Source: Takakia lepidozioides (lineage: Eukaryota > Plantae > Bryophyta). Taken from it: a stretch of DNA of 64,000 nucleotides. This document shows positions 1 through 13,429 of the stretch, piece after piece; position 1 is the first letter of the stretch; the number at the start of each line of letters is the position of its first letter. The notes below the pieces were generated by a model. The model was not told the DNA's origin and searched no databases. It saw only the letters and a program-made list of their open reading frames with translations. The position numbers and the translations under genes were made by a program. The stretch spans positions 36,766,001-36,830,000 of the forward strand of contig CM060732.1 of the NCBI GenBank assembly GCA_030704615.1, given 5' to 3'.

Positions 1-1564
1 TTTCCCCAAAAAATTACCAAAACCAGGCCATGTGTGGCCCAGAAGTACCTACCTCCCAACGGTGAAATCGGTGCATCTATCTATGGAAGGACCCAAACCT
101 TTCCTTGCATCACAACTTGTGAGTAGCTGTTAGCATAAGACACTTCCTGTTTATATATAGATCTGCCAGCGGGGTTCATCCATACTTTCCCCAACGGCCA
201 TTCATCTACCTTTTCCGTTCATGCAGATGTGGAAAAAGCAAGCAGAGGGGATCTAGCCATTACAGGGAGATTTTGATATGAAGTTTTTAATGCGAATGTG
301 TATTTCATGTGCTCAATAGACTGTATGCTATGTACTTGAAATACCAGTACGTATTTGTGTACCCCTTACTCAGCAACTATGATTTCACCAACATAACATT
401 GTTCACTGTTCAGATGATTACTGCAATTTGTAGTATTGAGCCTGAGATGGAGCAATATGTAGAGTCTAGACTCTAGTTGTGTGCTCACTCTTTTTGGTGA
501 AACACCCCTGAGCTTGAATCAAATGAAGGTGGATGACAAAAACCAAAACTACAGTAGTCTTCCTATTTGAGTGCGTGTCCAATCATGTAAAGACATCTTC
601 AGATTGAATTGAAGTGAATAAAACCAACTATGAGTAAAATTTTCTATAAGTAGCATAGTGAAGGCTCCAAGGGCCCAAGTTGTCTACTTTCATCTGGGAC
701 AAGCAGAGGGGGTGATTCCCATATTCACTACACTAAAATCATTTTATGTGTAGGGTAAGCCTCCGAGTGGAGGAGCTTACAGGAATGAGCCCCATCACGA
801 GGCGTTAGTCGAGTGGCGGGGCGAATGTAGGTAAGCCCCGACACGAGGAGGCTTACCGAGTGTGAAGAACGTACTACTATGTCAACATGCTTGTAATCCA
901 CGCACCAGGCTGGCAAGTGGATTACAACCTCCCCTAAAACACGTGATCGAGAGAGTGTGGATTCATAGGTTTAAGCCACTCCTTTCCTTTGAGGAAAAAA
1001 TCTGAAAGTTCTTTACGGTGATTTAGTGTCAACAACACTATATCTAAACAATGACACTATTTAATTTTTTTAAGATTTAGTGTTAATATTATTTTATTAT
1101 ATAATACAATACTTTATAATATTTTAGAAATAGATCTTGATTTATCAAATATTTTTAATTTAAATAGTATTTTATAACATAAAATATATATACTATTTTA
1201 AGTGCACAAAACATAAATCATGAAAAGTATGTGTGAACAGCAGGAAACGCATTACAAAACGATTTCTGCACATTTACACATTTATAGTCGCTTACAACAA
1301 TGTTTCAAGCTGTGTCATACGAATAATGTCAAAGCTCTGACCGTTTCTTGGCCACTGGTCATTGAACACTAGAGTTCTCAATACCATCCTGCTAGTTTGT
1401 ACAATATAGATCAGTATATACAATGCATTAGAGTCCAAAAAGATTGTGGTGAAAAATTCGAGGCTACACCTTGAGATGAACACGATCATTTGTCTCCAAC
1501 AGATTGAAAACAAACCTCACAACAATGATCTCCAACACAGATCTTGTTTTTCGTAGTTTTCATG

Positions 1565-2031
1565 TCACACTAGGGAATCTCTGCACATCGGACAGGTTGT
1601 GTTACCCCTCATCTTCCATTGGACATCACACATTCACGGTGGAAAGCATGTTTGCATTTCACCCTGCACTGCGAAGAAGACGCGGTGAATTCTTTGTGAC
1701 AAATCGAACACTCTATAATTCCATGGAAAGCTTTCATGTTCCTTTTGTTTGGCAGCTTCTTGGTCGTGCTGATCAAGCTCGACCATTCTGCAGAAGCCCG
1801 TCCTCCTCCTCAAACCGTTAATCGAAACCCCAGCCCAGAGGAATTGGGCACTATGGCTCTAGATTGCAACAGTGGCTTTCTTAACGACTCCGCCAAGCTG
1901 AAGATGGTGAGGGGGAGGTCTTTGAGTGTTAGTAAGCATCGGTCTGCAAAATTGGAGGAGCTTGTGGATTCTTTGAGCCGTGCATACAACGAAACTGTTG
2001 GATTAATCAAAGCATGTTGCAAAATTATCAA
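1565..2031 (-). pseudogene. RING-H2 zinc finger protein pseudogene
   Basis: Manual minus-strand translation continues ORF 1810..2031 through one TGA (TV*GGG) to ECSICHKEFTASSSQCRVKCKHAFHREC. After a frameshift near 1630 it reads VQWKMRGNTTCPMCRDSLV*. This is a complete C-x2-C...C-x-H-x2-H-x2-C...W...CPxC RING-H2 pattern. Confidence 0.8.
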
Positions 2032-2261
2032 GACATATATTACACAAGAGCGTCAACTTTATCCAAACCTTATTTTACAAAATTGGATATATCACAAATG
2101 TATTGTAAGAGAGAATCCGGTTCAAAGCCCAAGCTAAACTGTAATCACGTGCTCCAGTGCTCTAATCAGCCCAAACTAAATTGTAATTACTCTAATCTCT
2201 GTTAGATCGAAAGACCTCACGGGCCTAATCAGAATTTAAGACCTTCAACCTAAGGTACTAG

Positions 2262-2520
2262 AATTAGCTGATATAACTATAGCATAACTGGATGCTTAGT
2301 TATTTGCAGTTGCTATTCTACCAATATAACAAGTCACTCCTAATTGAAGCTAACTTAAGAAAACTAAGCTGAATTAGATAAGATAACTATAGCATAACTA
2401 GATGCTAAAATATCTCTGACCATTATTTCTAGTACTCTCACTTGAGTCAGAGTTAATTGAAACTAATCTATGTTAATTGAGCAAAATTAACTGAGATAAA
2501 TATAGCATAATTGGATGCTC
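2262..2520. repeat. Degenerate ~110-bp tandem repeat (3 units)
   Basis: Core ATAACTATAGCATAACTGGATGCT recurs at about 2274, 2383 and 2496. Confidence 0.7.
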
Positions 2521-4259
2521 TATTTGAGTTATCCCCATCTGATATTTTGGTACTTTGTAAATTATTTGTATACTCCATGTACTGAATATTAAATCATTTG
2601 AATTCAGATCTTTTAAATGTTGAATGACACGGTGCCGTAATATTAGGGAATACGTCTCATTTAACCAATCGTATCGACGGTGAGCGGTTTACATTCATCT
2701 TCCTTTCGGTGCTTTGGAGATGTCTTTCAGACTCCTAATCCTAATATCGGCATCAATTATGTACACTAAAACACCACCAATGAATCTGGCACATTCGTCT
2801 CCTCTCATCTCCCCCTCCTGTGGTCCGCGACAGAGGTGGTTTTGTGCAGAGCAGGGCTAGTATAAACCATTCATTGTGGTTCTGCATAAGACCCTTCTTG
2901 TACTGAAAGATGTCTTTGTCACTCTCTCAATAAGTGCTACATTGTACAGAAGTCCATGGGGGGTTGGCATATGTTGAAAAATTTACTATAGTTTGAATTA
3001 GGCCCTCATGCTGCAATCTAAATTGCTGTAGAGTGTTATGAATATTGACTGCCATAAAATCTCCAACCAAAATAGGTGGCTGTCATACCCATGCCAGGAC
3101 TGCATGAAGCCCAAGCATCCCTCTATGGAAAGTCAAAGAAAAGCTTGACAAATTTTGTGTTTCTAGGAACAAGTTAGACGACAAATCTCAGAGGAGAGAT
3201 AGGGAAAAGTGACTGCAAAAGCATCGTTAGTCGCAGGGACCCGAATGTGTCTATATGTCTTGGACTGCTATAGCTTCCCAGGATAGTAGGGAGGACATCT
3301 ATCCTGCCAATGACATCCACTACCATTTTGCGTGTTACAAAATGTTTGTCTGTATTGTTTTCGTGAATGATTGAAAATTTCACAATGTGTTTCAAAATGA
3401 GCTTAATTTGGGTTTGAAAGTGGACCTATATCAAAATAAGAAGGTGAAATATCTGGTCTACATCAACAATTTGGGTCATCATGACAACGGCCGGGCTTGT
3501 TGTAGCACCATAATCCAGAACTAATCTATAACTCAATTTTAACTAATTCTGGACTTTTGGCTTAAATCCGGACAAAACTTAATATAATTTTACATTTAAA
3601 TTAAATCAAATAATTACAATATTATGAAGCAATAAATCAAGATTTAATTTTCAAGTGAATGTGCATGACTCCAAATTTCTTAAACGTCGACATCAAAGTC
3701 GAATGACATACATAAGACAATGCAAATGATATATATTAATAACACAATTCGCATAACTCCAAATTCATTAAACGTCGACATCGAAATCGAACGATATACA
3801 AATTTAGCCAATGCACAGAATATATACTAATTAGTACAAGTATCCATAAGACGTCGTTACCCAGTACATGTTGTCAATTAGTCTATTATCCCCAATACAA
3901 ATGCATTATATATAGTCCACAAACACCCTAGCCATGAAACTAGAATATCTACACATAAGGCTGACATTGAGAAGACTGGGTGTGCGTTGCACGAAGATAT
4001 GTTTTTGCAAATGTCTCCGCGTAGATAGGTAGCTTGTAAAAATGAAGACTTGAACTTAGACAAAATATTTTGTTCTATAAAAAAAAGGAATGTCGGTCTC
4101 GAATCCAAATTGACTCCTACAAAAAAGTAACAACGGATTTAAATTTATGAATACTAACACATGAATACAAGGCCCGAAAGCGAAATAAAAGATATTCAAA
4201 TCCAAACGGTACACCGAAATAAAAAAGTCTTATTCACATGAGAAATCCGAATCAACATT

Positions 4260-5900
4260 AATAAAATGTATGGAACCTATGGAACTTCTAGACATTTTTA
4301 ATCGAAATAATTTCTCCAAACCAATGTATCAATGTACTCCAAAGCTATGTACATTTATTTTTTCAATGATTCACTTCGGGATATGAGGTTTCAAGGTATT
4401 GTAAGGTTTAGGATAAGAAAAAAGTATGAAGAAGGAGGGGGGGAGAAAAAAAAAAACAAAAAACAAAAAACAAAAAACAACAACAGTGCATCGAACCTAT
4501 AAGAACTTTCAATCAAATATCTCAACCTTGAATACATTGTACCCCAAAGTAATAATGTGTTTTTTTAACGAGCTTCCAACATAGATATAAGGTTTTAGGA
4601 GTATAAAGTTTTAGAAAAATTATAAGTATGAATCACACAAATATGCAGGAAAGTTTATGACCTATAAAAACGTTCAATCAAGGGTATATGGGTTTGGAGA
4701 AGTAAAAGTACTATCAAGTACAAAATAAAATTGGACGAGTGTGTAGAACATATAAGAATTTCCGAGTAAATATCCTGAGGACTCTATCATACATATAAGC
4801 TAGAATACAATGAATCAATGACCTTTGAATGTAGAAACTACGTTTTAGGGTATACTAGGGTTTAAAACAAGCAAAAGTGTGAATGATACAAATACTGGGA
4901 ACTGTTTAGGACCAATACAAAATTTCAATTAAATATTCCAACAACTCTTAGTAGTATACAACCCCAAAGTTAGAAAAGAAATTTTTGAGTGAGCTTCAAA
5001 CATTACAAAGATATTCTTGGGGTATTGGACTTAGGCTATTAAGCTAAAGTATATATAAGAACAAATATGAAAGTCTGGAACTTAGGATCTACAAAAATAT
5101 CAATTAAAAATCCAGACCACTTTATCTTATTAAAAATGAGTTAAAGGGGAAAAAAAAATAATGAGCTTCAAACAATCAAAAAGGATTTTTAGGGTGACAT
5201 ACTAGGATTTAGGGTAAGCAAATTTGGTATTATTTAATGACAAAACAAATTTACAAGAGTAATTAAGACATATAAAATCTCTCAATTAAATATCCGAAAA
5301 TTCTATAGACTAAGTCCCTAAAGCTTAGTACTAGCCCAAAAAAAAAAAAAACAAATCTATTCAATCTAACAATTAAAGGGTTGAAAAGTGCTTACAAGGA
5401 AGTTCCATAGAAAATTGCTACCAAGTAGTGCTAAGCAATTGTTTTAATGGGCTAATTCAATCTTATATATGTTGGCATTAAAATTTGTTCCGACCACATC
5501 CCCACTCTAACATATGGAAGAGTAAGAATTTCCAAGTAAATATCTCAATGACTCTGTCATACATGTAAGCTGGAAAATGCAATTAATTGAGCTTCCAATG
5601 TAGCAACTACGTTTTAGGCTATACGGTTATGACTATACGGTTAAGTCTCCGGCAAAAGTATAAATGATAGGGGTGATGGGAGAGTGTTTAGGACCTATAC
5701 AAAATTTCAATTAAATATTCCAACCACTCTAGTATACAACCTCAAAGTTAGAAAACAAATTAATTCTGAATATCAAGCTTCAAACATTACAAAGATTTTT
5801 TTGTGGTATTGGGCTTAGGCTAAGCTAAAGTATATTAGAATATTATGAAAGAGTAACATTTAGGACCTATAAAAATGTCATTAAAAAATCCAAACCAATC
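4260..5900. repeat. AT-rich degenerate ~170-180 bp tandem repeat array with a higher-order duplication
   Basis: A GGACCTATA(C/A)AAAATTTCAATTAAATATTCC-like core occurs at about 4494, 4659, 4747, 4909, 5084, 5267, 5517, 5691 and 5863. Block ~4747-5120 matches ~5517-5900. Confidence 0.75.
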
Positions 5901-5959
5901 CAAATAAAATAAATAAATAAAAATTAGGAGGTTATATGAACCACGAAAATGGAAGTGCT

Positions 5960-6525
5960 CATTTCTTGTCATTTCAAAACATCCAAACACCTGGATTTTC
6001 CTCTCATTATGACTTCAAATAAATCAGTTTGCATGGGGGTTGTCAAAAATGACCTTTGATTCACGACATGTTGGATTCTCCAATTGTCGCAAAATTCTAG
6101 CCAAAGATCCTATAACAAAATTGGGATCTGTTGTCCAAAAATCCATCTAATATTGAGCGTACGCGCCATCTCCATTATTTGCCATAGACACTGGAAGCTG
6201 CCCCAAGCTTGAAATCATCTTGTTCGTTGTTTGCAAATGTGGAAGAGCAGTCTTTCGATGATCCATCTTATCATGAATGATGCATAAGAATTATGTTGGC
6301 ATCATAACCGATTTATTCCTCCAGCTATGGTAGAGTCTCCGGCAAGACTCTTGATGCTTCAAATATTTGTCGAGAGCTTTTTTATGACACATTTGGTCTG
6401 CACTTCTTTTCACAGATTTCTTAATGAGGTCCTTTAACATCTTACACTCTGTACATTTTGCAAATGTCCCTCCATTTTTTCTGACTTCGACGTTGGAGAA
6501 AATCTTCTTTCTAATTCGACTAACT
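5960..6525 (-). pseudogene. Transposase remnant, DUF7869/Sola-like family
   Basis: Minus strand reads TFAKCTECKMLKD...LKHQESCRRLYHSWR...*FLCIIHDKMDHRKTALPHLQ...LGQLPVSM...GDGAYAQY*MDFWTTDPNFVIGSLARILRQLE...(fs)IMRGKSRCL. The FAKCxxC and CIIHDKMD...KTALP motifs match the DUF7869-type transposase as I recall it. It has stops and a frameshift and is cut off at ~6540 by the chromovirus. Confidence 0.7.
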
Positions 6526-6549
6526 GCTGAAGTAGAAATAACCAAACGG

Positions 6550-9321
6550 CTTGCCACCGCGAAGAGGAGTTGACCACAAGATTGAGGTGATACCGGAATC
6601 GGAGCCGCTTGCCAAGGCGCCCTACCGGTTGAGCCACAGAGAGTTGATCGAGCTGAAGGCTTAGCTCAAGGATCTAATGTCAAAGGGGTATATCCGGCCA
6701 AGTAAGTCACCTTACGGAGCCCCGGTGCTATTCGCAGACAAAAAGGATAGGACGTTGCGGATGTGTATCGATTACAGGGCTCTGAATAAGGTGACTATAA
6801 AAAACCGGTACCCTTTGCCAAGGATCGACGACCTCATCGATCAGTTGGCAGGAGCGAAGTATTTCAGCCGGATTGATTTGCGTTCCGGCTACCATCAAAT
6901 CCGAGTGGCAGAAGGAGATGAGGAGAAGACCGCATGCAGGACAATATATTGTTCATATGAGTTCTTGGTGATGTCTTTTGGGCTCACCAATGCACCCGCG
7001 ACCTTTAGCACACTAATGAACAACCTTTTCCAGAAGTGGTTGGATGACTTTGTGATCGTGTACATCGACGACATCTTGGTGTGCTCGAAAACAAAGGAAG
7101 AGCACTTGGAGCACCTCAAAAGGGTGTTCCAAAAATTGCGGGAAGAGAAGCTGTATGCCAAAGCTTCAAAGTGCGAATTCGGGGTCACAAAAGTGGAGTT
7201 CCTAGGACATGTGATTACACAAGATGGGATCAGAATGGATGACAGAAAGGTGAGGGCGATCTTGGACTGGGAGCCTCCGACTTCGGTCCCGGGAGTGCGA
7301 TCTTTCATAGGACTCGTCTCCTATTACCGAAAGTATGTGAGAAATTTCGCCAAGATCGCGGGGCTGCTGTCAGACCTTCTGTGTAAGTCCAAGGTATGGG
7401 TATGGAACACCTTTTGTGGCTAAGCTTTTGCCGAGTTGAAGCAGCGGATGATGGAAGCTCCAGTCTTGAAAATCCCGGAGTTCGACCGTCCATTTGAGAT
7501 TCATACAGATGCGTAAGACTTCGCAATTGGGGGTGTACTCATGCAGGATGGACGTCCAGTGACTTACGAAAGTAAGAAACTGAATGAAGTGGAGCAACGG
7601 TGGCCTACGCACGAGAAAGAAATGAAGGCGGTGGTGCATTGCCTTGAGCTTTGGTACCACTATGTTGGTTCCAACCCGGTGAAGGTGTTCACGGACAATG
7701 TCGTGCGGTGAAGTATTTTGCCACGCAGCCTAAGTTGTTCCAAAAACAACTTAAGTGGCAAGACACTTTGGCAGTGTTCAACGTGGATATCCAGTACAAA
7801 CTGGGATGGGACAATGTGGTGGCCGATGCTTTAAGTAGAAAGCAATAGCTCAAGTTGGTGTACAGGGGCGAGACGACGCTCCAAAGAAAGATCCGGAAGG
7901 CTTACAAGGGGATTTAACCCCCGTCCGTGCTGCGGGACTTGAGGATGGGGATTAAATCGCAGTTTCGCTTACACAATGGACTGCTCCGGTACAAGCAAAA
8001 GCGCCTCTACGTGTCGAAGGGAGGGATCAGAGATAGTCTCTTAAGATAATGTCACGATGGCCCGCTGCGCGGGCCACGGCGGAGCCAAGCGCACCGCGGC
8101 ACTCTTGAAGAAAGAGTACTTCTAGCCCAAATTGAGGGAGGAGGCCGAGGAGTATATCAAGACATGCACCACATGCCAACAAAACCGGAGCGAGTACAAG
8201 AAGCAAACGGGGCTGTTACAACCCCTGCCGATTCCATAGGGATCTTGGGAAACTGTCTCGGTGGATTTCATGACTGCTATGCCACTGTCAAAAGGATTCG
8301 ATGCAATCATGGTGGTGGTGAATAGGTTCAGTAAAATGGGCCATTTCATTCCCACCAAGGAGACGGCAACGGCGCAGGAAATTGGGCAACTTTACTTCGC
8401 CCACGTCTTTAAGCATCATGGACTCCCGAAGGGTATTGTCTCGGACCGCGATCCAAATACAAGTAAATTTTTTAGAGCATTTTGGAAGAAAATGGGGACG
8501 AGGCTCAAGATGAGTACCGCCTTCCGACCTATGACGGACGGCCAAACGGAAAGAGTGAATTCCATGATGAAGCAGATCTTGCGGAATTATGTGTCAGCAG
8601 ACCAATCAGACTAGGTGGAGCACTGGGATGCGGCAGAGTTCTGTTATAATAACACAAAATACTCTGCAACGGGAGTATCCCCTTTCGTATTGGTCTATAG
8701 AAAAGCACCTCTGGTGCCGACAAGTTAGGCCGCCCAAGACGTTGAGGAACTGGCAACAACGGCGGTGCTGGAAGAACGCGAGCGTTTGTTGAAGCTTGCA
8801 AAATACAACATTGCCAAAGCTAGAAAACGGTATAAACGACAGGCGAATCGGAAGCGGAGGAAGTTAAGTTTGAGGCAGGCACAGAGGTCAGGTTGAACAT
8901 CAAGAATTTTCGACTACCTCCGGAAGCGAGTCCGAAGTTCGTACCTACGTCTGCGGGGCATTTTCGCAGCCGAAAGGTTATGAATGAGGATGTGTATGAA
9001 TTGGAGTTGCCGGCAAACAGCAAGGTGCATCCGGTATTCCACGTCTCCCTTTTGAAGCCTTACTTCAAAGATGAAGCGCGTCCGAATCGGCATCAACTGT
9101 TGCGTCCGCCACCTGTGCTGGATCATGAAAATGAACCTGAATACGAGGTGGAGGCAGTGCTTAGGTCGAGGAGATTCAAGAGTCGAGAAACAGAGTATCT
9201 CGTGAAATGGAAGGGCTATCATCAAGTGAAGGCAACTTGGGTGCGTGCCTCACAAATGAGAAACGCATTCGAGGCCGTTGCAGCTTTCGAAGGGCGACCT
9301 CAAAAGCGGAAGAAGCGTTGA
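6550..9321 (+). pseudogene. Chromovirus pol: RT - RNase H - integrase - chromodomain (degenerate)
   Basis: RT: [31 protein letters not shown] (7061-7072). RNase H: HTDA*DFAIGGVL, NVVADALSR. Integrase: HHCC region, DF..., SDRD, TDGQTERVN. Also HPVFHVSLLKPY and chromodomain YEVEAVL...YLVKWKGY...ATW. Multiple stops and frameshifts. Confidence 0.95.
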
Positions 9322-9344
9322 CGGGGACATCAACCTTGGATCGT

Positions 9345-9355
9345 GGGGGAGGAAA
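9345..9355 (+). promoter_or_regulatory. Polypurine tract of the chromovirus
   Basis: GGGGGAGGAAA lies about 25 bp after the pol stop and is immediately followed by TG. Confidence 0.7.
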
Positions 9356-10815
9356 TGCATGCTTAGCCTGGCTTAGCTAGCTCAGGAATCCGATTGCAAA
9401 AACTTGTGTTGTACAAATTTTGTTATAAATGAAATGGTTTCCAGATGTTGTGCTTCCTATTTTGTTTGGAATGGTGATGCATGGTATGGTTGACTAGTGT
9501 GTAGAATGCATGCTAGCTTACAAAAGTGGGAGAGGTAAATTGGATTAATCATGTGTTTGCGTAGTGCCGAAATCGGATGACTCTCATCCAAGGAGTAAGG
9601 AAACTTGCGTCTTCTTTGGGAGTTCACGTGCTAGTGCGCACTTGGCGCGTACGCGTACTATAACTGCGCTACTAAGGGGGTTGTCTTGTAGTGCGGATTA
9701 ACGCGGAAGCTACGTGCTTTCGTTCAAATACTATAATCGTGTAACCTCAGGACGAAGTCATAGTGCGGTTTCGGCGTGTTCCCGTACCTCAGGCCAGCAT
9801 TCCAAGGCGAACCCAATTGTAGTGATTGGGGCGCGCGGTTGATTCAAGGTTATCTTCCTAGTCAAAAAGGGTTCAAGGTGAACCCTTGCTCATGGTGATG
9901 CCAAAAGCGGCATCATGAGCCATGACTTGGAGGAAGTCGGCCAAACTAGCTAGTGGAGAGTAGAGTCAAGTGGGGGGTTTGGTTCTTTGTCATGAGATGC
10001 CATGGTACGGAAACAAACTCCTTGATGTGGGACGCCACAACTTGGATGTTCGTTTCTACAAAATGGACAAGTCGATGAGGACATCGACTCCCTGTTGGTA
10101 GGGGTGAGTCGCGGCCATTCACCTTGAGGGCAAGGGGTCGGGACACAAGAGGGGCTGCCCCTGTGGTGGGGGCAGTGGCAACAATAGATACGGGGGCTGA
10201 AGCAGCACTCAAGGAGGCGGAGGCGCTCACTAGGTGGAACCCCGCACACCGGGTTGCGGTGGGGGTGGTTCCACGAGGGGTGGTGGTAGCTTAGTAGGAC
10301 TAAGTGGGGGTCGCATAGGACTCGCCATGGGGCGGAGACCTTGTGGTGGGAGTCGCGGGGAGTCTTGGGACTCATCACGGTCCAATGGAGCCGTGGTGGG
10401 TGGGCCAAGACTCACCGCGACTCACCACCGGGAATGGAAGGTCTTCGTGGTGGTTCACCATAAAGGGACGGTGTTGTTTGTGAAACCCTCGTGGACAGTC
10501 ACAAAAGTATTATAGGGAGTAGTAACCCCGAGAACGGTGCAAGCCCGTTGGTGACAAAAAACTAGTGAGTAAGCGTGCGAGCCGGAAAACGACCAAGGTG
10601 TGGGGAGCTGTTCCGGATTGCCAACAACCAAAGGGAATCTCCACTAGGCCCAAATTGAGCGATGGTCTTGTGGAGGAGTAAAGAGGGACCGTTATGTCCC
10701 TGTGAGCAGCCAAAGCTCCGAGTTGGTCTGACGGCCAGTTTGGGAGTTAGGCGCGCGCATCAAAGCGAGTAACTATGACTTGAAGAGGGAGCTTACCGAA
10801 GTGAGGTGCGCGACA
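9356..10815 (+). repeat. Putative 3' LTR (~1.46 kb) of the chromovirus
   Basis: Starts with TG after the PPT and ends CGCGACA at a sharp junction with an unrelated ORF. There is no second copy in the window to confirm it. Confidence 0.55.
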
Positions 10816-11208
10816 CTGGTAATGAACATAGTCCTCCCCGAGTTTGTCACAAAGTACCACCTCGTCCGGAATGCATGCGTGTATTCTTCCCTCGTAGATG
10901 TCACCGCCTTCTTCCGTTAAGAGGATACACATACGATTTCTCCAATTACTTCTTCCAAGAGGGCTCTAAGGATTTTCTCCATCCACGGATTCTTCTGATC
11001 CATCTCCATCTTTGGACGAGAAATGACATTCTGGACTAGAGGTAGGATAGTCGAAAGAGATGCCACACAAATCCCACATGACATGTGTCCCAAGAGCCTC
11101 AGTTAGAGTGTTTGCATCCATATGAGGATATAGCAGTTGCATCGTCTCACAGTCATTATCAAATGTAGTGATTATCACACTAATTATTAATGTGAGGTCA
11201 ATTGACAC
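10816..11208 (-). pseudogene. En/Spm Tnp1-like (Transposase_23-like) domain remnant, possibly two tandem domains
   Basis: One frame with a single TAG reads ...MQLLYPHMDANTLTEALGTHVMW...*...WRNRMCILLTEEGGDIYEGRIHACIPDEVVLCDKLGEDYV. This resembles the EG.I...P...V...LG...V...L..P...TL.EA.G..V.W pattern. It is interrupted by the LTR end at 10815. Confidence 0.5.
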
Positions 11209-13429
11209 CTATGACACTAACCTTCACTAGTCACATTCAAGCAGTTGCTAGTTGCAACTACAACCCTCAACGTTTTGTAACAGAGGAAGATTTTGAGACC
11301 AGATGATAAGGAATCCATTGCAAGAAAAGACAGAACGTCGAAATGAATGTCAACGTTCCTTAGTCTCTACTGAAAGAGATAAATAGAAAAAGTAAAAGGA
11401 CTGTAGCTGAATATCCTAATTAAGAGAAGAAAGAAAGAAAAATCTGACCGAGGAATAAATATTAAGAGAATTAGAATATGTCATGTGAATGTGTCAATGA
11501 GGACCAAGAAAAATAAGAAATGATATAAAGAATAGAACGTCGATATGAATGTCGACGTTCTTTAGTCTCGACAGATATAGATAGATAGATAAAACTCAAC
11601 GGCCTTTACTGGATATCCTAATATAGAGTCATTCAATAAATCAGGTGAATATGTTAATGAAGACCCAGAAATTTATTTATTTATTTAATTAAATTTTTTA
11701 ATTAATAAATAATAATAATAATAATAATTATATATATATATAAACCAAGTGAAGAAGAAGACATGTTATCATATTCAAATGCACTAGTAGGTACTTTCAG
11801 GTATTTGATTTGATGTGGGACAGAGTGAAGGTCAAGTGATGAGACTTTAGCTTGTATTCAAACAATAATCCACCAGACCTTGACACTAATGTCGACGTTA
11901 CTATGGATGAATAAAAAATGGATGAATAAATCATCCAAGTGGATGAAGCATGGATGATAGTTAAATAAAAATAACTGTAAAAATGTAGGGAGACTAAGGT
12001 ATGTAACGGTGAAAAATAATAGAATTGAAGCAAACCTTGAAATCTCTAAAACCTAAAACAAACACTAATGTGCTTGAACATAATGTGACTACACGATGAA
12101 CCTGTGTCGTACATGAACAGATGCTATGATAAACCCTAAAGCTTAAGACAAATACTCATGAGAATATTGGCTGATGCAAAGATACACAAAAAAGATGCAA
12201 AGGTACAAGAAACAAGATAGACTGAGGAGGATAGCCTGGAGGACAGAGCAAGAGAGAGAAAAAAAAAAAACGCATAACTGCAGAATGACAGATTATATGT
12301 GCCTCTACCTAACGTGTGGTGTACGTGGTACACTCACAGAGATGCGTAAACGAGCACAATTATGGAGTGTTCCCGCCGTAAATATGGACTCCCAACAGAT
12401 CTGGCGGTGGTCAGGGTGCTGTTAATGCGCCAATGCAAATGATTAAGAATACACCACATTGATCAAATGCTCCAACCGTTGATTATGACTGTCACAAATC
12501 TGATGGACGTAGAGAGCCCGCGACGCGTCAAATGATCTTGACAATCGAACGGAGGACGTGCGGCGCATTGCGGAGTTAAGCCGCACACCGTCCGTTCGAT
12601 CGCCAAGATCTCTGCTACTGGCTTATCGCGATCCAACGGCGGTGAGGTTTGACCTACCCCCCCAAGCGCTGCCATAAATCCTACCTTTATTTTGTGATGG
12701 AGCATCATTTGACCTAACTCTCAGCCACGGGTTACGTCAAACACGTTTATTTTCTTTTTTGGGCTTTTGTTTTTGGGTCCGGCAAAAGTCATTTGATTAC
12801 AAAGACCTCGACGTGTGCACCGAAGTTCGACGTGACCATCCGCAACCGATTGTTATCCTTCTTTTTTATATGTTTTTGGGGAAGCGGGGAGCCGTTGGAT
12901 CGCAGTGAATGCCAAGGATCCAACGGATGGGAGGACCACGATTTCTTATTAATTCCATATGTACTATTTGCTTATTTTCCACTTAGCTATTATTTATTAT
13001 CCACCATTTATTTTACCTAAATGTGCACCTCAACGGCGGCTGGGGTTATTTGTTGTGGCGGGCTCAATAGTGGAGACATCGGCGTGTGCGTTGAGGTTCG
13101 ACAGAACCCTCAGCAGCTGAATTTTGATTTGTACTGCTAATTTTTATACATATTATCTACTTTCTATAGTTGAAAGTGCAAAACAAGGCGAAATTACTTG
13201 CATAAGAATAATTATATGACTCCTCCTATAGAAACCAAACAAAGGGATCGAACTCGTAACCTCATGCACAAAATTTGTGAAGCTTATCATCGAACTACAC
13301 ATCAGATTCTGAGATTGCATGCATTGCTTATAGTATATATATTAATTGCAAGGTAATAGGGAGCAATTGAAATGTTGAAGTGTGCCATGTTGACGATGTT
13401 TTTGAATATGTTTTTTTGTTTGTGTTTGT

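Larger units (their letters stand above)
6545..10815 (+). mobile_element. 5'-truncated Ty3/Gypsy chromovirus (pol + PPT + 3' LTR)
   Basis: pol begins abruptly at LPPRRGVDHKIE (~6550). PPT is at 9345-9355. The putative LTR runs TG(9356)...CGCGACA(10815), after which the host element's minus-strand ORF resumes. No gag or 5' LTR is present. Confidence 0.85.

Noticed and set aside
726-740. CACTACACTAAAAT as a CACTA TIR
   Set aside because: No subterminal repeats or partner end were found, and it is explained as one arm of a local hairpin.
1736-2137. 133-aa plus-strand ORF with a signal-peptide-like start
   Set aside because: It is the antisense shadow of the RING-H2 pseudogene frame.
9946-10713. 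ORFs inside the putative LTR
   Set aside because: Low-complexity G/C-rich translations in several frames, with no motifs.
13225-13305. tRNA-like sequence on the minus strand (GAGTTCGATCCC B-box)
   Set aside because: The A-box is degenerate and no acceptor or anticodon stems could be built. At most it is a decayed tRNA-derived relic.
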